Below are positions 41,053 through 49,993 of a stretch of DNA of 64,000 nucleotides, one piece after another. The notes beneath the pieces were generated by a model. That model saw nothing but the letters and a program-made list of their open reading frames with translations. It was not told the origin of the DNA and made no database searches. The stretch's first letter is position 1; every line of letters starts with the position of its first letter. The stretch is taken from NCBI GenBank assembly GCA_025456145.1, contig JALOLD010000003.1, positions 18,209-82,208 on the forward strand, read 5' to 3'. The DNA comes from Thermoanaerobaculales bacterium. GTDB lineage: Bacteria; Acidobacteriota; Thermoanaerobaculia; Thermoanaerobaculales; Sulfomarinibacteraceae. The position numbers and the translations under genes were made by a program.

Positions 41053-44000
41053 GTGAGACCTCGCCGTTTTCGTTTCATCCCGCACGAGCGGCAGTGGGCC
41101 CTTACGACCGCGCTGGCGCTCGCCATCATCATCCCCGGGCTCGGCCTCGGGCAGACCATCGAGGACTGCCTGACCTGCCACGAGGACCCGGAGCTGGTCG
41201 GCGAGATCGGCGGCGTCGAGGTGTCGATGCACGTCGACCCCGCCGGCTTCCGATCGTCGGTGCACGGCGAGTTCGGCTGCGTGGACTGCCACGCCGACCT
41301 CGACGGCGCCGAGCTTCCGCACGACGAGGAGCTCGAGCCGGTCGACTGCGGGACCTGTCACGACGACATGGCCGCCGATCTGGCGGCCGGGCCGCACGGG
41401 AAGTGGGCGGGAGACCCGACCTCGCCATCGGCAGCCTGCGTCGGGTGTCACGGAGCCCACGACGTGCTGTCGAGCAAGACGCCGGGCGCCCCGACCGGCC
41501 CGGCGCGGGTCGATGACCTCTGCGCCCGCTGCCACGGCGTTGTGCTCAAGGCGGTGTCGGCAAGCCCCCACGGACGGATGGTCGGCGACCGCCCGGCCGC
41601 GACCTGCGCCGACTGCCACCTCGGGCACGCGGTGATCGCCCCGACCGAGCCGCTCCTCCAGCTCGACGCCTGCGGAACCTGCCACGTCGAGCAGGCCGCG
41701 GAGAATCGCGGCTCGCTGCACGGTCGGGCGGCGGTCAAGGGCGACCCGGCGGCGCCGAACTGCATCATCTGCCACGATCACCACGCGATCCGCCCGAGCA
41801 GCGACCCGGCGGCGCCGACCGCGATCCAGAACATCCCGCTGCTGTGCGGCCGCTGTCACCGCGAGGGGACCGAGGTCTCGCTCCAGCACGACATCCCGCA
41901 GGACCGGATCCTCGAGAACTTCTCGATGTCGGTGCACGGCGACGCGCTCTTCCACAAGGGCCTCACGGTGACCGCGGTGTGCACCTCGTGCCACACCGCC
42001 CACAACATCCTCGACCACAACAACCCGGCCTCGAGCATCAGCCGAGGCAACGTGGCCAGGACCTGCATGAAGTGCCACGGCAGGATCGAGGAGGTCCACG
42101 TCAAGGTCGTCGAGGGCCGGCTCTGGGAGGAGGAGCCCCACAAGATCCCGTCATGCGTCGAGTGCCACCAACCCCACAAGATCCGGCGACGCGCGGTGAC
42201 CGCTCAGGAGGCGTCGAGCCAGAGCTGTCTGGCCTGCCATGGCGACCCGACGTTGAGCGTCGAGCGCGACGGCGAGAAGGTCTCGCTGTTCGTCGACCCC
42301 GATCGCTTCGCCCTGGGCTCGCACGCCCAGACCGCCTGTGCCCAGTGTCACACCGATGTCACCCCGGGGCACAAGGAGCGGCCCTGCGCCACGATCGCCT
42401 CGCCGGTCGACTGCGGCATCTGTCACGCCGCCCGGGTCGAGGAGCACGACCTGAGCCGCCACGGCGCGCTCGCGGCCGAGGGCGACCCCGATGCGCCGAC
42501 CTGCGTCACCTGCCACGACCACCCGCACACCGTCCTCGACCACCGGCTGCCGATGGCGCCGACCTACTCGCGCAACGTCCCCAATCTCTGCGGCGAGTGC
42601 CACGCTGCCGGGGGAGCCGCGGCCCTCCGCCTCGCCGACGACCGGGACATCGTCGGCAGCTATCTCGAGAGCGCCCACGGAAGGGGGCTGATGGGCAGCG
42701 GCCTGGTGGTGTCGGCGAGCTGTATCGACTGCCACACCGCGCACTCGGCGCTGCCCCAGGACGACCCCCGCTCGACCGTCAGCCGCGGCCGGATCCTCGA
42801 CACCTGCGGCGCCTGCCACAAGGGCATCGAGGAGGAGTTCAAACGAAGCGTCCACTTCCCGGCCAACGTGGTGACCAACCAGGAGCTGCCGACCTGCGAG
42901 AGCTGCCACACCTCGCACGAGATCACCCGGATCGACGCCCAGGGCTTCCGGATGATGATGATGAACCAGTGCGGGCGCTGCCACGAGGGCTTCGCCGAGA
43001 CCTTCTTCGACACCTACCACGGCAAGGTGACCCAGCTCGGCTCGGAGGGCGCCGCCAAGTGCTACGACTGCCACGGCACCCACAACATCCTGCCGTCGGA
43101 CAACCCCGACTCGAGGCTCAGCCGGAGGCACGTGGTCGAGACCTGCGGTCAGTGTCATCCGCGGGCCCACCTCGAGTTCGCGGGCTACCTCAGCCACGCG
43201 ACCCACCACGACAAGGACAAGTACCCCTTCCTGTTCTACTCCTACTGGTTCATGACCATCCTGCTCGTCGGGACCTTGACCTTCTTCCTCGTCCACACCC
43301 TGCTGTGGCTGTTCCGGCTGTGGCGGACCCGGGACGTCTGGCGACCGCTCAAGGAGAACGGCGAGGTCGAGCGGCGCTACTACATCCGCTTCACCTCGAA
43401 GCAGCGGATCATGCACTTCGTCATGCTGCTCTGCTTCTTCGCCCTCGCGCTGTCGGGGATGGCGCTGAAGTTCTCGTTCATGGGCTGGGCCCACGCCGTG
43501 TCCCGGATCCTCGGCGGCTACGAGAGCATGGGCACGCTCCACCGCTGGGCGGCGGTAGTGCTGATCGGGCTCTTCGTCTACCACCTGCGCGACGTGTTCA
43601 GGGCCAAGGCCGCGTCCGGCAAGGGCTGGTTCGCCTACATCTTCGGCCCCAACTCGCTGATGTTCAACCTCACCGACCTGACCCAGTTCTGGCAGAGCAC
43701 CAAGTGGTTCCTCGGCCGCGGCCCGCGGCCCCACTACGGCCGCTTCACCTACTGGGAGAAGTTCGACTACTTCGCGGTCTTCTGGGGCGTGTTCGTGATC
43801 GGCTCGACCGGGCTGGTGCTGTGGTTCCCCGAGCTCTTCACCCGTCTCCTGCCCGGCTGGTCGGTCAACGTGGCGACCATCATCCACTCGGACGAGGCGT
43901 TGCTCGCCGTCGGCTTCATCTTCACCATCCACTTCTTCAACACCCACTTCCGGCCCGACAAGTTCCCGATGGACCCGGTGATCTTCACCGGCCGGGTGCC

Positions 44001-44205
44001 CCTCGACGAGCTCCGGCACGACAAGCCGGGCGAGTACGAGGAGTTCGTCGAGGGCGCCGACGAGGCCGTCCTGGCCCAACGGGTCAAGGGTCCGGCCAAG
44101 CGGCGCATCGAGAAGGCGGCGCGGATCGTCGGCTTCACCGCCCTGGCGATCGGCCTGACGTTGATCTTCCTGATCGTCTACACGATGGTCTTCGGCTACC
44201 GGTAG
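41053..44205 (+). CDS. Fusion protein: 23-heme c-type cytochrome (periplasmic) plus a C-terminal FdnI/HydC-type di-heme b cytochrome membrane domain
   Basis: I counted 23 CxxCH motifs by eye, followed in the same frame by about 6 TM helices with conserved His (RIMHF, TLHRW, VYHL, IIHSDE, FTIHFF). The start is GTG 41053 (SD-supported) or GTG 41035 (ORF-track start). Confidence 0.88.
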   Translation: MRPRRFRFIPHERQWALTTALALAIIIPGLGLGQTIEDCLTCHEDPELVGEIGGVEVSMHVDPAGFRSSVHGEFGCVDCHADLDGAELPHDEELEPVDCGTCHDDMAADLAAGPHGKWAGDPTSPSAACVGCHGAHDVLSSKTPGAPTGPARVDDLCARCHGVVLKAVSASPHGRMVGDRPAATCADCHLGHAVIAPTEPLLQLDACGTCHVEQAAENRGSLHGRAAVKGDPAAPNCIICHDHHAIRPSSDPAAPTAIQNIPLLCGRCHREGTEVSLQHDIPQDRILENFSMSVHGDALFHKGLTVTAVCTSCHTAHNILDHNNPASSISRGNVARTCMKCHGRIEEVHVKVVEGRLWEEEPHKIPSCVECHQPHKIRRRAVTAQEASSQSCLACHGDPTLSVERDGEKVSLFVDPDRFALGSHAQTACAQCHTDVTPGHKERPCATIASPVDCGICHAARVEEHDLSRHGALAAEGDPDAPTCVTCHDHPHTVLDHRLPMAPTYSRNVPNLCGECHAAGGAAALRLADDRDIVGSYLESAHGRGLMGSGLVVSASCIDCHTAHSALPQDDPRSTVSRGRILDTCGACHKGIEEEFKRSVHFPANVVTNQELPTCESCHTSHEITRIDAQGFRMMMMNQCGRCHEGFAETFFDTYHGKVTQLGSEGAAKCYDCHGTHNILPSDNPDSRLSRRHVVETCGQCHPRAHLEFAGYLSHATHHDKDKYPFLFYSYWFMTILLVGTLTFFLVHTLLWLFRLWRTRDVWRPLKENGEVERRYYIRFTSKQRIMHFVMLLCFFALALSGMALKFSFMGWAHAVSRILGGYESMGTLHRWAAVVLIGLFVYHLRDVFRAKAASGKGWFAYIFGPNSLMFNLTDLTQFWQSTKWFLGRGPRPHYGRFTYWEKFDYFAVFWGVFVIGSTGLVLWFPELFTRLLPGWSVNVATIIHSDEALLAVGFIFTIHFFNTHFRPDKFPMDPVIFTGRVPLDELRHDKPGEYEEFVEGADEAVLAQRVKGPAKRRIEKAARIVGFTALAIGLTLIFLIVYTMVFGYR

Positions 44206-44223
44206 GGTACGCGAACACCGGTT

Positions 44224-44253
44224 CGACGAGCGCCCCGTCGCGGGCGCTCGTCG
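44224..44253. terminator. Bidirectional hairpin between convergent genes (no clear U-tract)
   Basis: CGACGAGCGCCC-CGTCGC-GGGCGCTCGTCG is a 12-bp perfect stem. It lies between the stop at 44205 (+) and the stop at 44260 (-). Confidence 0.45.
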
Positions 44254-44259
44254 TTCCGC

Positions 44260-45135
44260 TCACCCGATCGGGGTCACCGCTCGGTTGTAGACCCAGGTCA
44301 GGGCGACCGCGAAGACCGCGGCGGTGACGCCGAGACCGGCGTCGATGAACCGCGGGGCGGTCAGGGCGAGGCGGATGAGCACCGTCGCCACCGCGAAGCC
44401 GAAGTACCTGAAGACGACCGGGTAGGCGACGGTGGTGCGCAGCGAGATGAGCACGATGAGGACATCGGCGAAGATCAGCAGCGTGTAGAGGATCTCGAAG
44501 AAGTCGTGGGCCGGCGGCCGGGTCCCGGCGCCCGCCGCCGCTGCGGTCCAGCTCCAGACGACGACCGCTCCGGTGATCGCGAGCGAGGCCAGGAGGACCA
44601 GCGCGATGAGCTTCTTGGCGGCGATGAAGCTCGAGCGCTCTCCGTCGTTTCGGCCGATCGGGAGATGCCGCTGCTGCCTGACGAAGACCAGCAGCAGCGC
44701 GAAGATCGCGAGCGCTCCGAAGGCGTCGGAGAGGATGTAGAGCATCTGGTCGCGCACCCCGTGCGACCACTCGATGGGCTCGGGAAAGCTCGAGAGCTCC
44801 TTGAAGGACTGGCGGATGAGGATCAGCGACATGATCTCGAGCTGCTTGCCGACCGCGGTCGACACCGACTGGGCGAGGGCGAGGACGAGCGACACCACTT
44901 CGGCGACGAGCAACAGCGTAAACGCCCAGATGATGGCGTCGAAGTGCTTGACCGGAAAATGAGGGGCAAAGGCCGGGGGGAGCCAGCCGCGCCGGTTGAG
45001 CTCGATGACGAGGATCCCGATCAGGAAGACGAGGGTCAGGAAGGTCGCGATCCGTCGCTGGGTGGCGAGGGTCTCCCATCTCGACTCGACGCGGTCGAAG
45101 AGCTGCGATGAATGGGCGAGGATCGATCGGCCCAC
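44260..45135 (-). CDS. Hypothetical integral membrane protein (about 7 TM helices), tightly coupled to the upstream giant gene
   Basis: From ORF 44260..45306, with the start moved to GTG 45133-45135. This start is 1 nt after the upstream stop (45137-45139) and is preceded by GGAGGAG. The rejected N-terminal 57 codons are Ser/Arg/Pro-rich. TM helices include IATFLTLVFLIGILVIEL and FFEILYTLLIFADVLIVLISL. Confidence 0.7.
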   Translation of the reverse strand: MGRSILAHSSQLFDRVESRWETLATQRRIATFLTLVFLIGILVIELNRRGWLPPAFAPHFPVKHFDAIIWAFTLLLVAEVVSLVLALAQSVSTAVGKQLEIMSLILIRQSFKELSSFPEPIEWSHGVRDQMLYILSDAFGALAIFALLLVFVRQQRHLPIGRNDGERSSFIAAKKLIALVLLASLAITGAVVVWSWTAAAAGAGTRPPAHDFFEILYTLLIFADVLIVLISLRTTVAYPVVFRYFGFAVATVLIRLALTAPRFIDAGLGVTAAVFAVALTWVYNRAVTPIG

Positions 45136-45136
45136 G

Positions 45137-48100
45137 TCACTCCTCCGCCGCGGTCTGGAGCGGCCGCACCAGACCGGCGTACCGCCGCTCGACCGAGAAG
45201 CCGTGGCGGTAGAAGAACTGCGGTCGGAAGAAGCCGGTGGTGAGCCAGCGGAAGCTCTCGGCGCGCAGCCGGTTGGCGAGCTCGTCGAGCAGGCTGCCGG
45301 CGACACCGAGCCCGCGGGCGCCCTCGCTGACCACGATCTTGTCCATGTGGGCGGTGGCGGAGGCCTCGTCGACCTCGTAGAAAAGTCCGCCGAGCAGGTG
45401 TCCGCGGTCCGACACCGCGACCAAGAACCGGTGCTCGGGCCGGAACTGGACCGGGAGCTTGGCGGCGAGGAAGAGCCGGTGGAGGCGGGCGATCTCCTTC
45501 GGGCTGAGGGCGTGGCGGATCCGGTAGGGGCGTCCCTCGGAGTCGAGGCAGGTGACGACCATTTCGCTCTGGCGGACCCCGCTGGCCAGCGAGGCGACGT
45601 ACTCCGCGTCGTCCTCGGGGCGGAGGTGGGGGTAGGAGAGCCGGGCGAGGAAGAAGTCGAGCTCGGGCTCGAGGTCGAGGCGCGCCCGCAGGTCGGCGAC
45701 CGCGGCGCTCAGGTCGTCGGGGTCGATTGCGCCCGACCGGAGACCGGCGATGATCCGCTCGAGGCCCTCGGCGAGCGCCTCCGGCGCCTGGCGCAGGACG
45801 GTCTCGCGGAAGAAGCGCGCACGGCTCTCGGGATAGACCTCCCTGAGCTCGTCGAGGCGGTAGGTCTCGTAGAGCTCGAGCAAGGTCCTGGCGCGGACGG
45901 TGTGGGTGGCCTCGGGCGCGAGCCGGTCCCACTTCCGGAAGCGTTTGGCGGCGAAGTAGAGCCGGCGGGGGAGAAAGCCGCGGCGCTCGACGACCTCGAG
46001 GTAGCGCTCGAGCTCGCCGGTCCAGCCGCGCCCCGCGGCGCGGGCCTCGGCGAGCAGCCCGCCGAGCAGCGCGACGCCGTCGGCCTCGCCGACGATCTCG
46101 AGCACCGAGGAGAAGATCACCTCGCGCCCGACCACGCCCTCGAGGCGCGGGTTGAGCTGGGCGACCGGCGCCAGGAGGTCGGTCTCGAAGCTCTCCACCA
46201 GGTCGAGCAACGAGGTGAAGGGCTTGCGGGCGGCGATCGAGACGAGGCGGGCGCCGGTGTGGTAGTCGTGGGTCGGGACGATGACGTTGCCCGGCGTCGG
46301 CCGCTCGACCACCAGCCGTCGCCCGGTCCGGTCCCAGAAGTCGACATACGCCGACATCGCGCTCCACGCGGCGAACGGCCAGAGCGCCTCGAGACGCTCC
46401 CGGTCGAGCTCGCGGCGCGACAGCCGGGCGATCGCGCGGTCGAGGGTCTCGCCCGGGATGAACTCCTCGGTCCACAGTCCGTGCTCGGGCCAGCTGCCGC
46501 CGAAGTCCTCGACCAGCGGGCCGCGGTCGCGCTCCTCGGCGCAGACGACGAGCCAGTCGATCTCCTCGCGAACCTGATGGTCGTCGAGCTCGCGGTTGAG
46601 GTTGACCGCCAGGTCGAACTGGCCCTGGGCGCGGGTCTTGACCGCCATCCGGTAGACCGACTTGCCGTGGTCGGTGCCGAGGTGGCGGACCCACACCCCG
46701 TCGGGCAGGATGTCGTCGAGGCGGACCGTGGCGCCGCGCGAGAACAGGAAGATGCCCTCCTGGACCATGGTCGTGCTCTTGATCGCGGCGAGCAACCGGT
46801 GGCGCGCCTCCTCGTCGACGTCCTCGGCGAACTCGACGACGTCGTCCCAGCGGTACTCGAGCCCGGTCTCGGGGTCGACGGCGATCCGGGCCGGGCGGCC
46901 GAGCCAGCTCCGGAAGCCCTCCTCGAGCCGCGCCGCGGCCGCGCGAGCCGCCGCGCCGGCGTCGGCCGAGGAGGCGGTCACCGCGTGGCGGGTGAGGAAG
47001 CCGCGCAGCTGACGGAAGCGGGTCGGGTGGGCGGCGCCGTAGTCGGCGAGAAAGTCGAGAAGGGCCCGCGCCACGCCGGCCGCGGGATCGCCCTCGCCGG
47101 TCCGGAACCGCCGCCCGGTCTCGTCGACCAGCGCGCGGACCGTGTCGGGCGACAGCTCGTGCTCGTTGAGCGCCGCGGCGGTGGGCCGGTCGAGGAGATC
47201 GGGCACGGCGTCGAGAAAGGCGGCGAGGGTGCGGCGGAAGGTGGTCGGTCGCTCGGCGATGGCGAGGACGCGGAAGGCGCGACGGGCAACCGCCGGCCGC
47301 GAGTCGGTGGCCGAGCGGCGGAGCAGGCTCAGGGCGGTGTCGGTGAGCTCGCCGCCGCCACACTCGATGGCGTTGTCGAGAATCTCGACGGCGAGCTCGC
47401 CGGTCTCGTCGTCGGCCGCGTTGAGCAGGTGGGCGGCGAGGTGGAGGTCGTCGAGGCCCGGCTCGACCCGGGTCGCGGCCTCGGCCGCGGCGCGGCGTTG
47501 GTCCTCGCCGGCCTCGACCACGGTCGCCGAGCCGAGGCGCTCGAGATCCGCGTCCCGCCGGCGGCGGCGGTTGCGGTGCTCCGCCGAGAGCGGCGCGAAC
47601 TCGACGAGCTCGGCATTACCGAGCCAGAGCAAGGGGGTCGAGAGGAGCTGGCCGAGGTCGACCGCGGCGGAGGTCGCGAGGGTGTAGACCGCCCCCCCGA
47701 TCCGGACCTCGTCGTCCTCTCCGCGACGGATGGTCAGCGGTCTGCCGACGCTCCCCAGGCTCAGCCGGTCGCCCTCGACCGCGATCTCCTGGGTGGTGAT
47801 GCCGAGGGCCTGGAAGAGCCAGTTCGGGATGAGGATCTTGGTGCCGCCGACGCTCAGGGTGGTCCGGCGATAGAGCAGGGCGATCGTCTCGGAGAAGCTC
47901 CGCTCGATCGCCTTGCGGCGGTAGGTACCCTTGGGCGTCAGCTCGCCGCGGTCGGCGGAGAAGTCCCGGTCGATCACCGCGAAGTCGACGATCCGCTCGA
48001 AGGGGGCGAGGAAGGCGTTGGCGCTGACCACCAGCGAGCGGAAATGGGCCTTGCGTTCGGCGGCGTCGAGGGCGCCGAGATCGACCTCGCGGAAGGCGAA

Positions 48101-49888
48101 GTTGGGGTAGATGAGCGCGGTGTTGTAGGGCCGGTGGTCGCCGACCAGGAAGATCCGCCCGACCGACTCGAAGTCGCGGAACAGATTCTCGACCTTCTGC
48201 GGCGCGATGGTCTGGCCCTGGATGTTCTTGTAGATCTCCTTCTTGCGGTCGACCATGTGGAGCTCGCCGAAACGGTCGCGTTCCATGAGGTCGCCGGTGT
48301 GGAACCATCCCTGCGGGTCGAAAGACGGAGCGCCGTCGGGGTCGTCGAGATAGCCCATCATCACGTAGGGGCCGCGGATCACCAGCTCGCCGTCGGCCGC
48401 GAGCTCGGCCTCGATCCCGGGGAGCGGCCGGCCGAGGGAGTCGTCGACATAGGCGCCGGGGACGGTCATGGTGATCCCGCCGGTCGCCTCGGTCATCCCG
48501 AAGCCGCTCATCAGCTCGACGCCGTGGCGCTGGAAGAAGCGGAAGAGTTCGGGGGCGAGGTAGCCGGCGGCCGACAGGCCCCAGCGCAGCTCGCCGCCGG
48601 TGAGGAGCTCGACCGTCGCCGTGATCTCCGGGTCGGAGGCGGCCTCGACGTCGACCTCCTGACCGATCCGCTCGGCGAGCTGCATCCACTTCATCGGGAT
48701 GCTGATGAACACGGTCGGCCTGACCTCACCCATCTCGCGGACCAGCGAGTCGATCGACGGGCTCTCGGCGAAGTGGTAGGTGGCGCCCCAGAAGACGCAG
48801 CCGCACATCTCGAGGAAGCGGCCGAAGGTGTGGTAGAGCGGCAGATAGGCCAGGAAACGGTCGCCGTCGCCGATCGCGGGCAGCGCGAGGGCGCGGGCGA
48901 AGCGCTTGAAGACGATGTTGCGCTGCGAGAAGCGGATGCCCTTCGGTCGGCCGGTGGTGCCCGAGGTGTACATGATCGTCGCGAGGTCGTCGACGGCGAC
49001 CGAGCTGCGGCGCTCGCCGACCGTTTCGGACGAGACCTCGGCGGCCCTTTCGAGCAGCTGGTCGAAGGCGAGGACGTCGCGGGAGGCGGCCGCCGGGTCG
49101 AGCACGACGACGTGCTCGAGCCGGGCGAGGCGCTCACGGTTGGCGACGATCTTCCTGAGCTGCACCTCGTCCGACGCGACCACGAAGGTGGCGCCGCAGT
49201 GCTCGAGGATGTAGCCGACCTCGGCCTCGGTCGCGGTCGCCGGGATCATCACGTCGACGATGCCCGAGGTCAGACAGGCGAGATCGGTCAGGGCCATCTC
49301 GAGACGGTTGTCCGAGAGGATCGCGACCCGCCGGTCGGCGCCGCCGCCGTCGAGCGCGAGCAGGCTCCGGGCGATCAGCCCGACCCGTCCGGCAGCCTGG
49401 ATCCAGCTCACGGTGCCGCCGCCTCTGGGCAGGCCGAACAGCGGGCGCGAGCCATAGCCGGCGACCCGCTGCTCGAAGAGCGGGCCGAAGGTGAGGTTCG
49501 AGGCGTCGACCAGCCGGCGGATCAGGTCGGCCCACCGCGGCACCGCCTCGGCGCCGGCGATTCGGCCGAGCAACGCCGGCCGACGGACGACGTCGAGGTA
49601 GGACCAGGCCGCCCACCGGAGCTCGTCGTCGGGGGCCGGCGGGCCGGGACGCTGGCGGGCGACGAGGCGCTCGCCGAGGGCGAGCAGGGCGTCGAGATCG
49701 AGACGGTCGACGACCTGCTCGCCGGCGCTCCGGTTCTCGAGGAGCTGAATCGCCCGGGCGTCGGCGGCGGCCGTGTCGGGGCCGTCGGGGACGGCGAGCA
49801 GGCCCTCGACCTCCCGGACGGCATCCGTCGAGGCGACCTCGAGGAGGTCGTCGAAGGGGTCGGCGGCGCCGCTCTCGGGGTTCGTCAT
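45137..49888 (-). CDS. 1,583-aa multidomain enzyme: AMP-dependent synthetase/ligase (fatty-acyl-AMP/CoA-ligase-like), a large unassigned central region, and a C-terminal GNAT acyltransferase domain
   Basis: From ORF 45137..51061, with the start moved to ATG 49886-49888 (MTNPESGAADPFDD). The upstream 391 codons are antisense to the alpha/beta hydrolase gene and are Arg/Pro/Gly-rich. ANL motifs are MYTSGTTGRPKG, GFGMTEATG, WFHTGD and GELTPKGTYRRK. The GNAT core is VAVSDRGHLLGGLFYEV ... IVVSEGARGLGVAGSLLDELANRL. Confidence 0.85.
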   Translation of the reverse strand: MTNPESGAADPFDDLLEVASTDAVREVEGLLAVPDGPDTAAADARAIQLLENRSAGEQVVDRLDLDALLALGERLVARQRPGPPAPDDELRWAAWSYLDVVRRPALLGRIAGAEAVPRWADLIRRLVDASNLTFGPLFEQRVAGYGSRPLFGLPRGGGTVSWIQAAGRVGLIARSLLALDGGGADRRVAILSDNRLEMALTDLACLTSGIVDVMIPATATEAEVGYILEHCGATFVVASDEVQLRKIVANRERLARLEHVVVLDPAAASRDVLAFDQLLERAAEVSSETVGERRSSVAVDDLATIMYTSGTTGRPKGIRFSQRNIVFKRFARALALPAIGDGDRFLAYLPLYHTFGRFLEMCGCVFWGATYHFAESPSIDSLVREMGEVRPTVFISIPMKWMQLAERIGQEVDVEAASDPEITATVELLTGGELRWGLSAAGYLAPELFRFFQRHGVELMSGFGMTEATGGITMTVPGAYVDDSLGRPLPGIEAELAADGELVIRGPYVMMGYLDDPDGAPSFDPQGWFHTGDLMERDRFGELHMVDRKKEIYKNIQGQTIAPQKVENLFRDFESVGRIFLVGDHRPYNTALIYPNFAFREVDLGALDAAERKAHFRSLVVSANAFLAPFERIVDFAVIDRDFSADRGELTPKGTYRRKAIERSFSETIALLYRRTTLSVGGTKILIPNWLFQALGITTQEIAVEGDRLSLGSVGRPLTIRRGEDDEVRIGGAVYTLATSAAVDLGQLLSTPLLWLGNAELVEFAPLSAEHRNRRRRRDADLERLGSATVVEAGEDQRRAAAEAATRVEPGLDDLHLAAHLLNAADDETGELAVEILDNAIECGGGELTDTALSLLRRSATDSRPAVARRAFRVLAIAERPTTFRRTLAAFLDAVPDLLDRPTAAALNEHELSPDTVRALVDETGRRFRTGEGDPAAGVARALLDFLADYGAAHPTRFRQLRGFLTRHAVTASSADAGAAARAAAARLEEGFRSWLGRPARIAVDPETGLEYRWDDVVEFAEDVDEEARHRLLAAIKSTTMVQEGIFLFSRGATVRLDDILPDGVWVRHLGTDHGKSVYRMAVKTRAQGQFDLAVNLNRELDDHQVREEIDWLVVCAEERDRGPLVEDFGGSWPEHGLWTEEFIPGETLDRAIARLSRRELDRERLEALWPFAAWSAMSAYVDFWDRTGRRLVVERPTPGNVIVPTHDYHTGARLVSIAARKPFTSLLDLVESFETDLLAPVAQLNPRLEGVVGREVIFSSVLEIVGEADGVALLGGLLAEARAAGRGWTGELERYLEVVERRGFLPRRLYFAAKRFRKWDRLAPEATHTVRARTLLELYETYRLDELREVYPESRARFFRETVLRQAPEALAEGLERIIAGLRSGAIDPDDLSAAVADLRARLDLEPELDFFLARLSYPHLRPEDDAEYVASLASGVRQSEMVVTCLDSEGRPYRIRHALSPKEIARLHRLFLAAKLPVQFRPEHRFLVAVSDRGHLLGGLFYEVDEASATAHMDKIVVSEGARGLGVAGSLLDELANRLRAESFRWLTTGFFRPQFFYRHGFSVERRYAGLVRPLQTAAEE

Positions 49889-49993
49889 CGGCTCAACTCT
49901 ACTCGATTCGCGATCGCCCGCGCGCTCGACCCGACGGGAGAACCTGCCGCGCGGAGGGTTGCACGATCTCTGGGGTCGGTGTTCACTCGGCGT

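Noticed and set aside
42951-42962. Four consecutive ATG codons (RMMMMNQ) within the cytochrome gene.
   Set aside because: They lie in frame within a continuous domain, with no SD upstream and no sign of an internal start. I treat them as a curiosity only.
47692-47698. Homopolymeric G7/C7 tracts inside coding regions (also 39872-39878 and 61193-61199) as possible phase-variation switches.
   Set aside because: Each is in frame and encodes Gly-Gly or Pro-Pro. Runs of this length are expected by chance at this GC content, and nothing suggests on/off frameshifting.
44996-49993. The first 1,666 codons of ORF 44996..50887 (+, 1963 aa).
   Set aside because: They are antisense to the well-supported AMP-ligase/GNAT gene and have shadow-frame composition (GEPVG..., RRDL...). 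Only the last 297 codons, from ATG 49994, encode a recognisable alpha/beta hydrolase.
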